Part shown: positions 13,378-22,970 of the stretch, piece after piece
How positions within the stretch are numbered: the stretch's first letter is position 1
Layout of the letters: the number at the start of each line of letters is the position of its first letter
The notes under the pieces: generated by a model
The model's database searches: none
What the model was told of the DNA's origin: nothing
Seen by the model: only the letters and a program-made list of their open reading frames with translations
Program-made: the position numbers and the translations under genes
Virus record (IMG/VR): IMGVR_UViG_3300020044_003908
Location: 1 to 25,022 of that record
From: a virus
Lineage: Duplodnaviria > Caudoviricetes
Reading direction: 5' to 3' (one strand)
DNA: 25,022 bases

Positions 13378-15090
13378 TCACTTAAGGGGATTGTTCTTTG
13401 CGGCTTTGTCAAGAGCTTGTTGGCGCTTTGCGGCTTTATCAGCTTCGCCAATTTCTTTTCTGCCTTGAGCTACAGGACTTGATGGTGCTGGAACACCTTT
13501 GTCCATGCTCTTGAATTGTTCTTCGCCAATAGTGCCAAAGCCAGGTCCACCACCAGCAGGTGCGCCTTCTTTGTATGGGCGACTCAAGACACGAGCAGAC
13601 TCATCTCGGAATTGACGTTGCAAGTTTTTGTATGCATCAGTGCGTGTGAAAGCAGCTTCCAATTCATTGGGTCGTGGAACATAAGACGGGTTAATCTTTA
13701 CATTTCGAGCCATTTCATTTTCACGCCACATTTGAAACTCTTTGATGGCCGCAGCATTGAATTCGCCTTGCAAAGCTTGGACGATTGGTCGAGCCGCTTG
13801 GTCGGTAATGTTGGCAGCAGATGGCATACGCAAAAAGCTTGGTGTGCCAACATTCTTTGTCAACTCAGCGTTGTCACGTTCAATCTGTTGGTCAATGCTC
13901 AAGGCACTTTGCAAAAGCTTAAACTGATCGTTGGTTAATTTTTTGACAATCTTCGACTCAGCAAGGTTGGCTTGTGTTTGCTGATAAGCAATATCAAGTT
14001 GTTTGCCAATGTTGAAGTTTTTCATCACGTTCTTCAACTCATTGGCGTTGTACTTTTTGCCATTTGAATCGGTGACAGTGTTATCCGCATTCAATGTTAG
14101 GCCAGGAATGTTGGATTGCTCGCCAGCACTTCTAATAGCACCGCCAAGAGCTTCACGCCTTTGTGCGCTCAAGTCTGTTGCATTGCCTTTGCTGAACTGG
14201 TCAAACGCATTCATTCCATCTTGCAAACTTCGTGCATAGCTAAGTGTTGCGCCGCTTGCGCTGGCAATTTCAGCACGTTCTTCTTTGGTCAGGCCAGAAT
14301 CAAATAAAGCTTCCCATGCTTGACGCTTGGCAACATACGCTGGAGCATCAGCAGCCAGCCGCTGTTCCCATGCGCCATTGCGATCAACGGCTTTTTGGTT
14401 TTCTTTAATGTTTGACTCAAGCTCTTGTTTGGCTTTTATGCCGCCAAGTGTCTCGCCATACTGAGACAAGCTACCATTGTGCTTGCTCAAATATTCATCG
14501 TATGGCATTGGGTTGCCTTTTGAGTCATAGATTGCAACTGGCTCACCAAGGTCATTTACTTTCTTGACAATAGCTTCACCAGTTTTGGTGCTGTACTCAA
14601 TTTTCGTTTGAACAGCGCCACCCATGATCTGCTTCATTGCAGTGGCTTTGTCGCCAGCAGCAAAGTACATCAGTGCATCACCCCAACGTGGGTTGTCAGC
14701 AATGGTTGTGTAGCCGTACTTCTTGGCTTCTTTGGGATCGTTCAACACTTGGAACTTGTTGGCCAATGCAATGTTGCCTTCAGGTGTTCCAACCTTAATG
14801 CCTTTGGTCAAATCATTGAACTGAGTGACGTTCTTGGTGATTGTCTTGGCGGCTTCGATTGCAACTGGTGCAGTGTCAGGATTATCTTTTGCAAGGTTGA
14901 CCAAAGCCTGTGGGTCCTTGGCGGTCACAGCTTGATTGAATCGATCTTCAGGTGTTGGAGTAACTGTTTTCTCAACAACAACTGGTTGTGCTGCGGCTGT
15001 TACAAAAGGTTTTCCAGGCAAAGTAACGGGCTGAACGCCTTGCGAAGCCATGTTCGGAGGAGGTGCTAAGGGTGTAAGTGTGTCGGCCAT
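13378..15090 (-). CDS. Putative internal virion/ejection protein
   Basis: 570 aa, helical, no Cys; synteny with podovirus ejection genes. Confidence 0.6.
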   Translation of the reverse strand: MADTLTPLAPPPNMASQGVQPVTLPGKPFVTAAAQPVVVEKTVTPTPEDRFNQAVTAKDPQALVNLAKDNPDTAPVAIEAAKTITKNVTQFNDLTKGIKVGTPEGNIALANKFQVLNDPKEAKKYGYTTIADNPRWGDALMYFAAGDKATAMKQIMGGAVQTKIEYSTKTGEAIVKKVNDLGEPVAIYDSKGNPMPYDEYLSKHNGSLSQYGETLGGIKAKQELESNIKENQKAVDRNGAWEQRLAADAPAYVAKRQAWEALFDSGLTKEERAEIASASGATLSYARSLQDGMNAFDQFSKGNATDLSAQRREALGGAIRSAGEQSNIPGLTLNADNTVTDSNGKKYNANELKNVMKNFNIGKQLDIAYQQTQANLAESKIVKKLTNDQFKLLQSALSIDQQIERDNAELTKNVGTPSFLRMPSAANITDQAARPIVQALQGEFNAAAIKEFQMWRENEMARNVKINPSYVPRPNELEAAFTRTDAYKNLQRQFRDESARVLSRPYKEGAPAGGGPGFGTIGEEQFKSMDKGVPAPSSPVAQGRKEIGEADKAAKRQQALDKAAKNNPLK

Positions 15091-15605
15091 TATGCTGGTA
15101 TCCCAAAAAGCATTGGAAGGATTTTCATCGCAATATCAAGACCACCACCGCCATCTTTTTTGCCGTACTGTGGCAAATTCAGATTGCCTGGGGGAGGTGC
15201 TGGTTGCGAGGCCATTGCCAACATGCTGGTGTCAGTAGCAGATGGCGAAGCAGCAAACGTGTTGGGGCTGGTAAATGTGGTGGAGCTTTCCAATCCCCAT
15301 TCTTTGTTCAACTCATCACCCAAGTTTGGCGTTTGATTCAAAGAAGGTAAAACGTTTTGCACTGGAGGTGGAATCATTGCATTTGCATTGTTTTGTTCCA
15401 CAGGCGCAGGGGGAATAACTGGCGCTCCAGATGCGGATTGTGTTTGAGGATTCAACATGGCTGGAATGCCAGATGATTGAATGCCTTTGACAATCATGCC
15501 TGTTTTCAAACCCTTCAAAGCTTCACGCAAAGGGTTATCTCCAGTCATAAACTGTTTTTCAAACCCCATCGAGCCAAGGCCCACTCCGTCAAATGAAGAT
15601 GCCAT
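15090..15605 (-). CDS. Putative virion protein (low complexity)
   Basis: 171 aa, AAGGAG SD, coupled to the next gene. Confidence 0.6.
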   Translation of the reverse strand: MASSFDGVGLGSMGFEKQFMTGDNPLREALKGLKTGMIVKGIQSSGIPAMLNPQTQSASGAPVIPPAPVEQNNANAMIPPPVQNVLPSLNQTPNLGDELNKEWGLESSTTFTSPNTFAASPSATDTSMLAMASQPAPPPGNLNLPQYGKKDGGGGLDIAMKILPMLFGIPA

Positions 15606-15614
15606 GATTGCTCC

Positions 15615-16331
15615 TTAGAAGCCAAAGCCTTTGGACTCGCCTTTTTGTGTTGTACCTTGAGTACCAGTAAACACAGGCGTAGTGTTGGATTGAGGGATGC
15701 CGTACACCACAGACGCATACTTGTTGTAGATGTCTTGGGGTGCGCCAGCCAAGCCCACACGGGCGGCAGCAGCTTGTTGTGCAGCAGTCAAGCCTTGTTG
15801 GCCAGCAGCAGTCAGTTGTTGAGCAGCAGCAGCACGGTTGGCTTCAACGCCAGCAGAAGCGGCAGCGGCAGCAGTAGCCTGACGTTGTTCAGCAAGCTGA
15901 CGCAGGTTGGTGTCAGCCAGTGCCATACGAGCGCCACCCAAGCCACCAGCACCACCATACATGGCATTTTGCTGGGCAAGTTGCTCACGGGTGGCTTCAC
16001 GGCCAGCCTGTAACGAAGCTTGGACCTGCTGTTCTTTGTATTGGGGGTCAAACAGGGCTTTGAGGCCAGCTAAACCAGTTCCATAAGCCGATGCACCCTG
16101 AGCTTCTTGCAAGGCCCCTGTGCGTCCAGCAACGTCCATTGCACGAGTAGCAGCACCGCCAACCGCTGGAGCCACTTGGCCATAAATGTCTCGTGCGCCA
16201 CCAACAGTTTCTTTGTATGCTGGCAGCGCTGTTTCTCTGAGAAAGTCAGTTTGAGTCTTGAGCAGATCTTTCTGCTCTTGCATTGGCTGAACTGTGGTTG
16301 TTTGTTGACCAGATGATTTACCGCCACCCAT
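15615..16331 (-). CDS. Putative DNA ejection/pilot protein
   Basis: MGGGKS N-terminus and Ala/Gln/Gly-rich helices, as in P22 gp7-like ejection proteins. Confidence 0.65.
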   Translation of the reverse strand: MGGGKSSGQQTTTVQPMQEQKDLLKTQTDFLRETALPAYKETVGGARDIYGQVAPAVGGAATRAMDVAGRTGALQEAQGASAYGTGLAGLKALFDPQYKEQQVQASLQAGREATREQLAQQNAMYGGAGGLGGARMALADTNLRQLAEQRQATAAAAASAGVEANRAAAAQQLTAAGQQGLTAAQQAAAARVGLAGAPQDIYNKYASVVYGIPQSNTTPVFTGTQGTTQKGESKGFGF

Positions 16332-16333
16332 AA

Positions 16334-16624
16334 TTAAGCTCCTTTACCCTTGCCAGCAGGGGTTTGTGTTGATTGGTTGGTTATTTGGCCAACCGTGTTG
16401 GCATACGGATTTGTGTTGGCTTGACTGCCTGTTTGGGCAACGAAAGTTGGGTTGACTGGCGCAAGGTCAGTATTCCCGTTTGTGTTTGGTTTACCCAAGC
16501 CAGGTTGTCCAGACAGGCCAGACAAAGAAATCGTTTTGGTTTCTGAACTGGCCGACTCTCCAGCGCCCTTACCTGCGGGTTGGGAAGACTGTGGTGACTG
16601 AACTTGTGCTGTCTGAGCGCCCAT
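16334..16624 (-). CDS. Low-complexity putative virion protein
   Basis: 96 aa, Gln/Ser/Thr/Gly-rich, PAGKG near both ends. Confidence 0.6.
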   Translation of the reverse strand: MGAQTAQVQSPQSSQPAGKGAGESASSETKTISLSGLSGQPGLGKPNTNGNTDLAPVNPTFVAQTGSQANTNPYANTVGQITNQSTQTPAGKGKGA

Positions 16625-16632
16625 GATTTCCC

Positions 16633-17742
16633 TTATCGGAAGAATTTGCCAACCATCCAGCAGACCACTGAATAACGTGTTCCTTCTTCAACGTCCTCAA
16701 CGCCATGCATGAGGAAACTTGGGAACACCAGAACCGTGCCTTTGCTTTGCGGGGGATAGTACTTCTCGTGCCCGTTCTGGATGTAGAACTTGCCGCCCTT
16801 GAAATCATCATTCAGGAAGGCCAATACTGTGAGTTTACGACAATCATCGCCGTGTGCCAAGAAAGTATCTACATGAGCTTTGTATCGGCCACCAGCAGGG
16901 TAAATCAAGAATTCAGCTTGATTGGCATGGGTGATGTCAAACTTCCAATTATTAAAATTGGCAGCCAAGCCAGCGGCAGCAAGTCGCCCACCAATATCCT
17001 TGTAGGTAGGTAACATAACCCGTTCTACGTTACGGATGGACTTGTCAATGGCTCCAGTGCCAATGCCGATCACAGGCTGCTCTTTGGGTACAGCAGGTTG
17101 ACTGTACAACTTGATCAATGAATCACAAGCTTCTTTGGTCAGGATGTCGGTGTAGACAGCTTGTTGCATGTCTTGCACGGGCAAATTCAGCCCTTGGCGC
17201 TTGTCAAACTTCCACTCTTTGTGGGGGCCGTCAGCATCGACGTAATGCAAGAAAACCTGCGCTTGCCATTCCCCTTTGAACTTTTTGCGCCAGTGATGCT
17301 TTTCTATGCCACGGTATAAGACGGCATCGCCAACATCCATTTCAATCTTGCTGGCGTTTGCACCACCTTCGTCACCCATGTAGATGGGCCAAGCTTTGCC
17401 TTCAAAGCCAAGAGTCAGCGTGGCACTGATTTCGCAGGATTCACGGTCTGTATGGATTTCAAGCTTTTCTCCAGGCTTGTACAGACGGGCGTAGCTGTAA
17501 GTTGGCAGAAGACGTTTGCCAGAAGCTTTTTCAAAATGAGGCAATAGATCAACAAGAAGCTTGTCAAATGCCATTGCCCCATGTACAGCCTCAGATTTTG
17601 GGCATTGAGTGTCTTTTACAGTAACTTGTTGCTCAACCAACCGTTTCAGTTCGACAGTCAATTCTTTGCAATTTTCAATATTAAGGAAACCTTTAAGATG
17701 CACATACTTTTCGATAGCAAACTGAGACAGTTGGTTACACAT
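16633..17742 (-). CDS. Tandem two-domain 2OG-Fe(II) oxygenase (prolyl-4-hydroxylase-like)
   Basis: Domain 1: HTDR.SCEIS.TL...HHWR. Domain 2: Y..GG.YKAHVD...LNDDF.GG...HGV..V..GTRYS.V.W. Confidence 0.9.
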   Translation of the reverse strand: MCNQLSQFAIEKYVHLKGFLNIENCKELTVELKRLVEQQVTVKDTQCPKSEAVHGAMAFDKLLVDLLPHFEKASGKRLLPTYSYARLYKPGEKLEIHTDRESCEISATLTLGFEGKAWPIYMGDEGGANASKIEMDVGDAVLYRGIEKHHWRKKFKGEWQAQVFLHYVDADGPHKEWKFDKRQGLNLPVQDMQQAVYTDILTKEACDSLIKLYSQPAVPKEQPVIGIGTGAIDKSIRNVERVMLPTYKDIGGRLAAAGLAANFNNWKFDITHANQAEFLIYPAGGRYKAHVDTFLAHGDDCRKLTVLAFLNDDFKGGKFYIQNGHEKYYPPQSKGTVLVFPSFLMHGVEDVEEGTRYSVVCWMVGKFFR

Positions 17743-18146
17743 TACACACTACTCCATTCTTCATCTGGCTTTATTGGCCAATCTAAATTTCCTTCAGTTG
17801 GGTTAATTGCAATTGCACGAATTAAACTTCGATATACAAGAAACTCTGATTGATTAATCAAATGTGGATTAATGTCAGGATTTGTGACATCAGGTTGATT
17901 TACCCAATCAGTTGAAGCAAGTATGGATTCTGCTGTTTCTTTATTTTGCTCTGCTGATGGAAGTGTTATTGGCACTAACTTTAAAGATTGATCTAATGGG
18001 TCATACCAAAATCTATCGGCTTTTATTTCGTTTGTGCAATCAACCCAAAACAAAGGCAACGCAACATCAAAAGCAGATTGCTCAACTTGTGCAACTCGAT
18101 AGCCAGACTGCACTGGCTCTATAGGTGAAATTAAAGCTTTCATCAA
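17742..18146 (-). CDS. Putative tail fibre assembly protein
   Basis: L..TDW..QPDV...YR..IR.I...WP..P...W C-terminal pattern; follows the fibre gene. Confidence 0.7.
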   Translation of the reverse strand: MMKALISPIEPVQSGYRVAQVEQSAFDVALPLFWVDCTNEIKADRFWYDPLDQSLKLVPITLPSAEQNKETAESILASTDWVNQPDVTNPDINPHLINQSEFLVYRSLIRAIAINPTEGNLDWPIKPDEEWSSV

Positions 18147-18811
18147 TAAAACTCCTCAACAATTACAAACCCTGATGCGCCAGTACCACCAGTAATAGTT
18201 GAAAGACCTGTTACCCCACCACCACCGCCACCAGAACCATACCCAGATCCAGGGCCAGAAGGATTAGCGCCACCATATCCCCACATAGAAAAACTATCGC
18301 CACCTCGTAAAGGGGCACTATAGCCTCCAGCCGTACCTCTATAACCTATGACTGTTGGTGATGACGTAATTGCTCCAGCAGCACCGTTTCCACTACCTCC
18401 AGATCCACCTCCACCTCCTGTTGCAGAAATCAAAGCACCAAAACTACTTGTGCCGCCAGTCACACCAGGTGTAGAAGAGCCAGGAGCTCCTGGAACAGCG
18501 CCACCTGGTCCACCCGAACCAACAGTAACTGCAACAGGGCCTGGAATACTTGGGGCGGCAAAAAACCCATACCCGCCAGCAGCACCTCCACCTCCACCAA
18601 CAGTTTGAGGCGAGGGGCCTGATGATCTTGCGCTACCACCACCGCCACCTCCAGCTACAAGAGTTACTCTTACATCTTTGACGGTTGAAGGTTTTGTCCA
18701 AGTTGATGGAGAATAATAAATTGTTGTAACCACATTTGGATTTGCGGCTGTTGCTTGTGTTGTTCCGTCTGGAAAAACTACGCCAGGTGCGCCAATGCTT
18801 GTTGTTGCCAT
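18143..18811 (-). CDS. Glycine-rich tail fibre/adhesin protein
   Basis: FPDGT.Q.TA, TWTKP...V.LV.GGGGGG, V.VG.GG, GG.SSFG and G.SG.VIVE motifs. Confidence 0.8.
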   Translation of the reverse strand: MATTSIGAPGVVFPDGTTQATAANPNVVTTIYYSPSTWTKPSTVKDVRVTLVAGGGGGGSARSSGPSPQTVGGGGGAAGGYGFFAAPSIPGPVAVTVGSGGPGGAVPGAPGSSTPGVTGGTSSFGALISATGGGGGSGGSGNGAAGAITSSPTVIGYRGTAGGYSAPLRGGDSFSMWGYGGANPSGPGSGYGSGGGGGGVTGLSTITGGTGASGFVIVEEFY

Positions 18812-18820
18812 ACTTACTCC

Positions 18821-19192
18821 TTAGCTGCCAGAAACTGAACCGCCAGCAACAATAGCGCCAGCAGAAGTGATTGTTACGATTGTTGTTGCACCATACTTGA
18901 TAAGCAAATTGCCACCAGATTCTTCAATGGTGAAATTGGTTGTAGCCAAAACAGGTGTGTTAGCCGCTGCGCCAGAAATGTTGATTGACCATGTTCCGCT
19001 TGCGCCAGTGCCATCAGGTGCTGGAACGTCAGTGCCAATAGCCAACCCAAGGTTTGTCCTTGCTGTTGCAGCAGTAGATGCGTTTGTACCGCCTTTGGAA
19101 ACAGGTACAGGCGCATTTAAATTGGTTGGAGGCATTTGCCCCGATGTGTCAAGGCTATTGGCAAAGTTTGCCAAATTCATTGCTTGGGTCAT
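18821..19192 (-). CDS. Short tail fibre-associated protein
   Basis: PVSKGGT.A.TA..ARTNLGL and GTGASGTW.INISG fibre motifs. Confidence 0.7.
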   Translation of the reverse strand: MTQAMNLANFANSLDTSGQMPPTNLNAPVPVSKGGTNASTAATARTNLGLAIGTDVPAPDGTGASGTWSINISGAAANTPVLATTNFTIEESGGNLLIKYGATTIVTITSAGAIVAGGSVSGS

Positions 19193-21351
19193 TGTGTGCC
19201 TTTCAGCATTGCTATTTCAGATTTTAGACGGTCAAGCTCTATTTGCATTTCAGCAAACAACTCTCTCATGCTTGGCTTGTATTCGACGTAGGCTGGCATG
19301 TCCATACCCAATACACCAGCGCCACTTAAAGATGATGCAGAGGCTTCCCCAGAGCTTTTGAATGAAACAAACTGCGATGGCTGTCCACTAAATGATAAAG
19401 CGCCAACCAATGTATAGCTGTAGATCAGTGCGGATGTGCCAGACATTGTGTAATCAGTACCAGGCTTTAACAAAGAGCCATTCAGCCATATTAAATGTGA
19501 ATTGCGAGCAAACTGAGTTGGAAACACCACATTGGTATTGGCAAATGTTGTTTGTGTGTAGTTTTCAGAAAAAATCAATGCATTTGCATTATTGAAAGCA
19601 AACACCACAATGTTTAAATTGCCGCCAACAGATGGTGTGATTAACTCATATCCTTGGTTTGTGCCGATGTAGTCATAGTCGCTATCCATAACCAAAGCGC
19701 CGTTCAACAGCAAGATTTCAGAGCCGTCAATATTTGTGCTTTCAATAACGGTTTGACCAAATGCAAGTGTTTCCTGTTGGACCACAAATGGCACTTTGTC
19801 TGCCGCCGTTGCCGCATCAATCAACCTGATGTAATACATCTGAATAACGTCACCAAGAACACATGCGCTGGATAAAGTTACTGTAGTTGATGTTCTTGTG
19901 AAATCTGTACCAGGCTCAAGAAATGAACCATTGCGAAACACCAGAATTTGATCAGGCTGTGCATTGGAAAAAGTAAACGCTGTTTGGCCAGATGTTGCAT
20001 ACGTTTGCAAGGTGCTATACAAAACAGTGTCAAGTGCAGCAGCTTGAATGATTCGACCAAACTCATCTACCTCTACCACTGATGTTCCAGCAGGGTCAAA
20101 TGAATAACCGCCAGTGTCTCGTCCTTGGCCGTATGGGTCAAGGTTCAAGTTGACAATGCCGTTTGCGCCAAGGTTTGAATAACCAATTCGACCAGATGTT
20201 GGACTGGTAATGTTGGTCACAATCAAGCCAGAGCGGCTGTATACGTCAATTGCTGGTGCAAGAGTTACGGTTTGCGCTGTTTGATTCACCCAACCTGTTA
20301 CGTCAGGCGCATCGTTTGACACATTAAACTGAGCAGTGTTGCCACCTGTAGTTCTTACCCACAGATTTAAACCAGACGAAAACGTACCGCCAGCCGCAAA
20401 CCAAAGATAGTCAGCGGGGTTGTTGTCAATGGCAATGATGTCAGATGCCTGAAGGCCAAAATATGTTTTGCCGCTTGGGTCTTCTGACAAACCTGTGCCT
20501 GAAGAGTCATCAGCGTATCTGATCAGCAAATACCGATATGGCGATTCAATGATCAAAGGATCGGTTGAAATGATGCCAAGCTCATCGACAGCACCAAGCG
20601 TGGCCACATCCAAATTGATCGTTGTCCCATAGATGTATGGGATGTAACCGATTGGCTTGTTTTCTGTTGGCACAAATGAAATATTGCGCCCACCATACGA
20701 ACGATAGAACAGATTGTTAGTTGTGCCAAAGTCAAAAGGCGACCACTCATAGACTGTTGGGTCAGTGGAGATGGTGTTGTCGGTTGTTGTGGCCAAGCCA
20801 TAGAAAAGCTTGTCTGTTGGATCGTCACTCAATCCAGTGCCAACACTGTCATCAGCAAACTTGACGTTCATCCATTGGTCAAATGGCTTGAATGGGTTGT
20901 CCAGATCGATGGAGCGAAGTGGGACAAGCCGCCAGTTTTGGTTTAGGTCAGGTGCTTCTTGTGACGCAGCAAACGTGGCATGACGGCCACCAGCGGTGAC
21001 CACCCACAGCGTCTTGGTGGCTCCAAAGCCGCCAGTTACCTGAAACCATGTGTATTGGGCTGGTGTGGTGCTTTCGGTGACCGTATCGCTGTTCAACAAG
21101 CCAAAGTACAGACGGCCATATGGGTTGTCGCTGAAATTCAAGCCAGCAGGGTTGTCGGCATATTTCACACTCAAGTACCGATACTGATACTGGATCAATG
21201 TACCAATGGTGTTTGAAATAAATCCTGTGGTTGGATCGTTGTTGACAGGATATTGACCTGGTGGTGTTCCAGCGCCAAGGTTGGCCAAGATGTAATTAAC
21301 CGCCTCGGCAATCTCCGAGATCGTTGGATTTCCATCAAGGGCGAAGGGCAT
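19189..21351 (-). CDS. Multi-repeat tail/virion structural protein
   Basis: 720 aa; three YAD...G.S..P...YFGL...Y.W repeats, three NG..L....DY-type repeats and a C-terminal coiled coil. Confidence 0.75.
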   Translation of the reverse strand: MPFALDGNPTISEIAEAVNYILANLGAGTPPGQYPVNNDPTTGFISNTIGTLIQYQYRYLSVKYADNPAGLNFSDNPYGRLYFGLLNSDTVTESTTPAQYTWFQVTGGFGATKTLWVVTAGGRHATFAASQEAPDLNQNWRLVPLRSIDLDNPFKPFDQWMNVKFADDSVGTGLSDDPTDKLFYGLATTTDNTISTDPTVYEWSPFDFGTTNNLFYRSYGGRNISFVPTENKPIGYIPYIYGTTINLDVATLGAVDELGIISTDPLIIESPYRYLLIRYADDSSGTGLSEDPSGKTYFGLQASDIIAIDNNPADYLWFAAGGTFSSGLNLWVRTTGGNTAQFNVSNDAPDVTGWVNQTAQTVTLAPAIDVYSRSGLIVTNITSPTSGRIGYSNLGANGIVNLNLDPYGQGRDTGGYSFDPAGTSVVEVDEFGRIIQAAALDTVLYSTLQTYATSGQTAFTFSNAQPDQILVFRNGSFLEPGTDFTRTSTTVTLSSACVLGDVIQMYYIRLIDAATAADKVPFVVQQETLAFGQTVIESTNIDGSEILLLNGALVMDSDYDYIGTNQGYELITPSVGGNLNIVVFAFNNANALIFSENYTQTTFANTNVVFPTQFARNSHLIWLNGSLLKPGTDYTMSGTSALIYSYTLVGALSFSGQPSQFVSFKSSGEASASSLSGAGVLGMDMPAYVEYKPSMRELFAEMQIELDRLKSEIAMLKGTQ

Positions 21352-22970
21352 TAGAACGCATCCTCAACAACAGTGGCTTGCCAGTTCATGGCGGTCAAAT
21401 TCCAAGTGTCGGTGGCATCATCGGATTCCACCTTGATTGACACGGTCCGAACAGAATTCTGCTGGGTCGTGACCCAAGGATTGTCCGTCACAACGCTGAC
21501 AATGCCTGTTTGGCCGTAGACAGGGTCTTGAGCGGTGGAATTTGCACCACCAACCGTGATGTCAACATTGCCAGAGCCAGCAATTTCAGGCAAAACCCTG
21601 TGGATGTACGTCTTGCAAGAATAAGGCACTGGGCCTTTCTCTGTCTGCAAAACCACATTGTTGCGTTCAAACAACGCAGGGATCGGGTCGCCATTGAAAG
21701 AGTTGCCTTGGCCAGTCTGGTTCAAGGTTGCCTCTTCTACCCCGCCACGGCCATAAGTCACGCAACGGGAGGCGTACATGAAGTCGGCTTCATCGGCGTT
21801 GTAGACGGGTGATTCACAGGCATTGCAAGCGCCATCAACGTCTTTTGGAGCATTCCAGACGTTCAGGTCATAACGCCAAGACAGCATCTTGTTGCACCAG
21901 CCTGTGCTGTTCAGGTCAGGGTAATAGATCTCGATCTGGTACTTCTTGGTGTTGTTGACCACAAACAACCGCTCTCCATAGGTGGGGCTGAGGTTGTCAA
22001 AGAAGTAGTTTCTGACTTTTTGATTGCCCAAGGACTGGAACTGGGAGCCGTCAAACACCCAGATGTCTCGGCTGTCAACGCCATAAACGTTTTGGTCGGT
22101 GTTGGCCCAGCAGTTGTTGTTCAGCAAGCCACGGCCTTGGTTGAACAGGCGCACACCAAAAATTGGGGCAGTGCTGCTTTGGTAGGCGATAGGGCTAAAC
22201 ACTACGGTGTCCCAGTAGGAGCAGACGTAGAAGTTGCCACCAAGGAAAAAGCCGTCGATTAGAGGGCCACGCACAGGCACTTCTTGTTCGTTGGCAATGT
22301 TGGTTAAGGTCGGCTCCCAAGTGGCTGGAACACCCGTCAAAGCGAATGCTTGGGACCATCTGACCGTGGTGGGGTAGTTGACAGTGATGCTGGTGTCCAA
22401 GTCTTGAGTAAGGTTGCCAGCAATCAGGATGTTGCCCACGTTCGGTGAGCAGAAGTTCCGCATAAAACCAGCACGGGTGGCCAAGACGTTTGTGCCGTAG
22501 TTCCACACATAATCGTCTGGCGCAGTACCGTAGATTTGCATCTCGGTATCTGTTGGACGGTAATACATGGGTGGGCGCAGGGTATCGTTGACAAAGAATA
22601 CGCCACCCACCCAAGATGCGGTGATATTTAGGTCATCGTTATAACCAGCAAGCGCAACAGATGGATTGGCTCCATAACCTGGAGTTATATTGGTTACACC
22701 AAGCGGGGTTACTTGGAACCAGCGACCTTCACGGGTGGCAACAACAAAGACCCAGTTGGCTTCGGTGCGGAAGTTGCCCTCAATAAAGATTGTGTGACCA
22801 GGAACTGCATCCAGAATAAATTGCTCACCATTGATCTTTTTCATACCTCGCACATCAGCTTCCACGTTCAGTCCGCTGTTGTACTCATTGGGGCCAAGAG
22901 CGTTGCTGGGAACATCGGGCGTGAAGCTCATGTTCGTGAACGGTGTGCGAAGGCGGCTGTAATCAGACAT
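21351..22970 (-). CDS. Putative tail nozzle/DNA stabilisation protein (P22 gp10-like beta-propeller)
   Basis: 539 aa, beta-rich, with VRWS, GLL..NC and IWVFDG...SLG..KV patterns; synteny. Confidence 0.65.
   Translation of the reverse strand: MSDYSRLRTPFTNMSFTPDVPSNALGPNEYNSGLNVEADVRGMKKINGEQFILDAVPGHTIFIEGNFRTEANWVFVVATREGRWFQVTPLGVTNITPGYGANPSVALAGYNDDLNITASWVGGVFFVNDTLRPPMYYRPTDTEMQIYGTAPDDYVWNYGTNVLATRAGFMRNFCSPNVGNILIAGNLTQDLDTSITVNYPTTVRWSQAFALTGVPATWEPTLTNIANEQEVPVRGPLIDGFFLGGNFYVCSYWDTVVFSPIAYQSSTAPIFGVRLFNQGRGLLNNNCWANTDQNVYGVDSRDIWVFDGSQFQSLGNQKVRNYFFDNLSPTYGERLFVVNNTKKYQIEIYYPDLNSTGWCNKMLSWRYDLNVWNAPKDVDGACNACESPVYNADEADFMYASRCVTYGRGGVEEATLNQTGQGNSFNGDPIPALFERNNVVLQTEKGPVPYSCKTYIHRVLPEIAGSGNVDITVGGANSTAQDPVYGQTGIVSVVTDNPWVTTQQNSVRTVSIKVESDDATDTWNLTAMNWQATVVEDAF

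Noticed and set aside
12069-15090. Tape measure protein
   Set aside because: The proteins are short and lack TMP-type repeats or an upstream tail-chaperone frameshift pair; they fit ejection proteins better.
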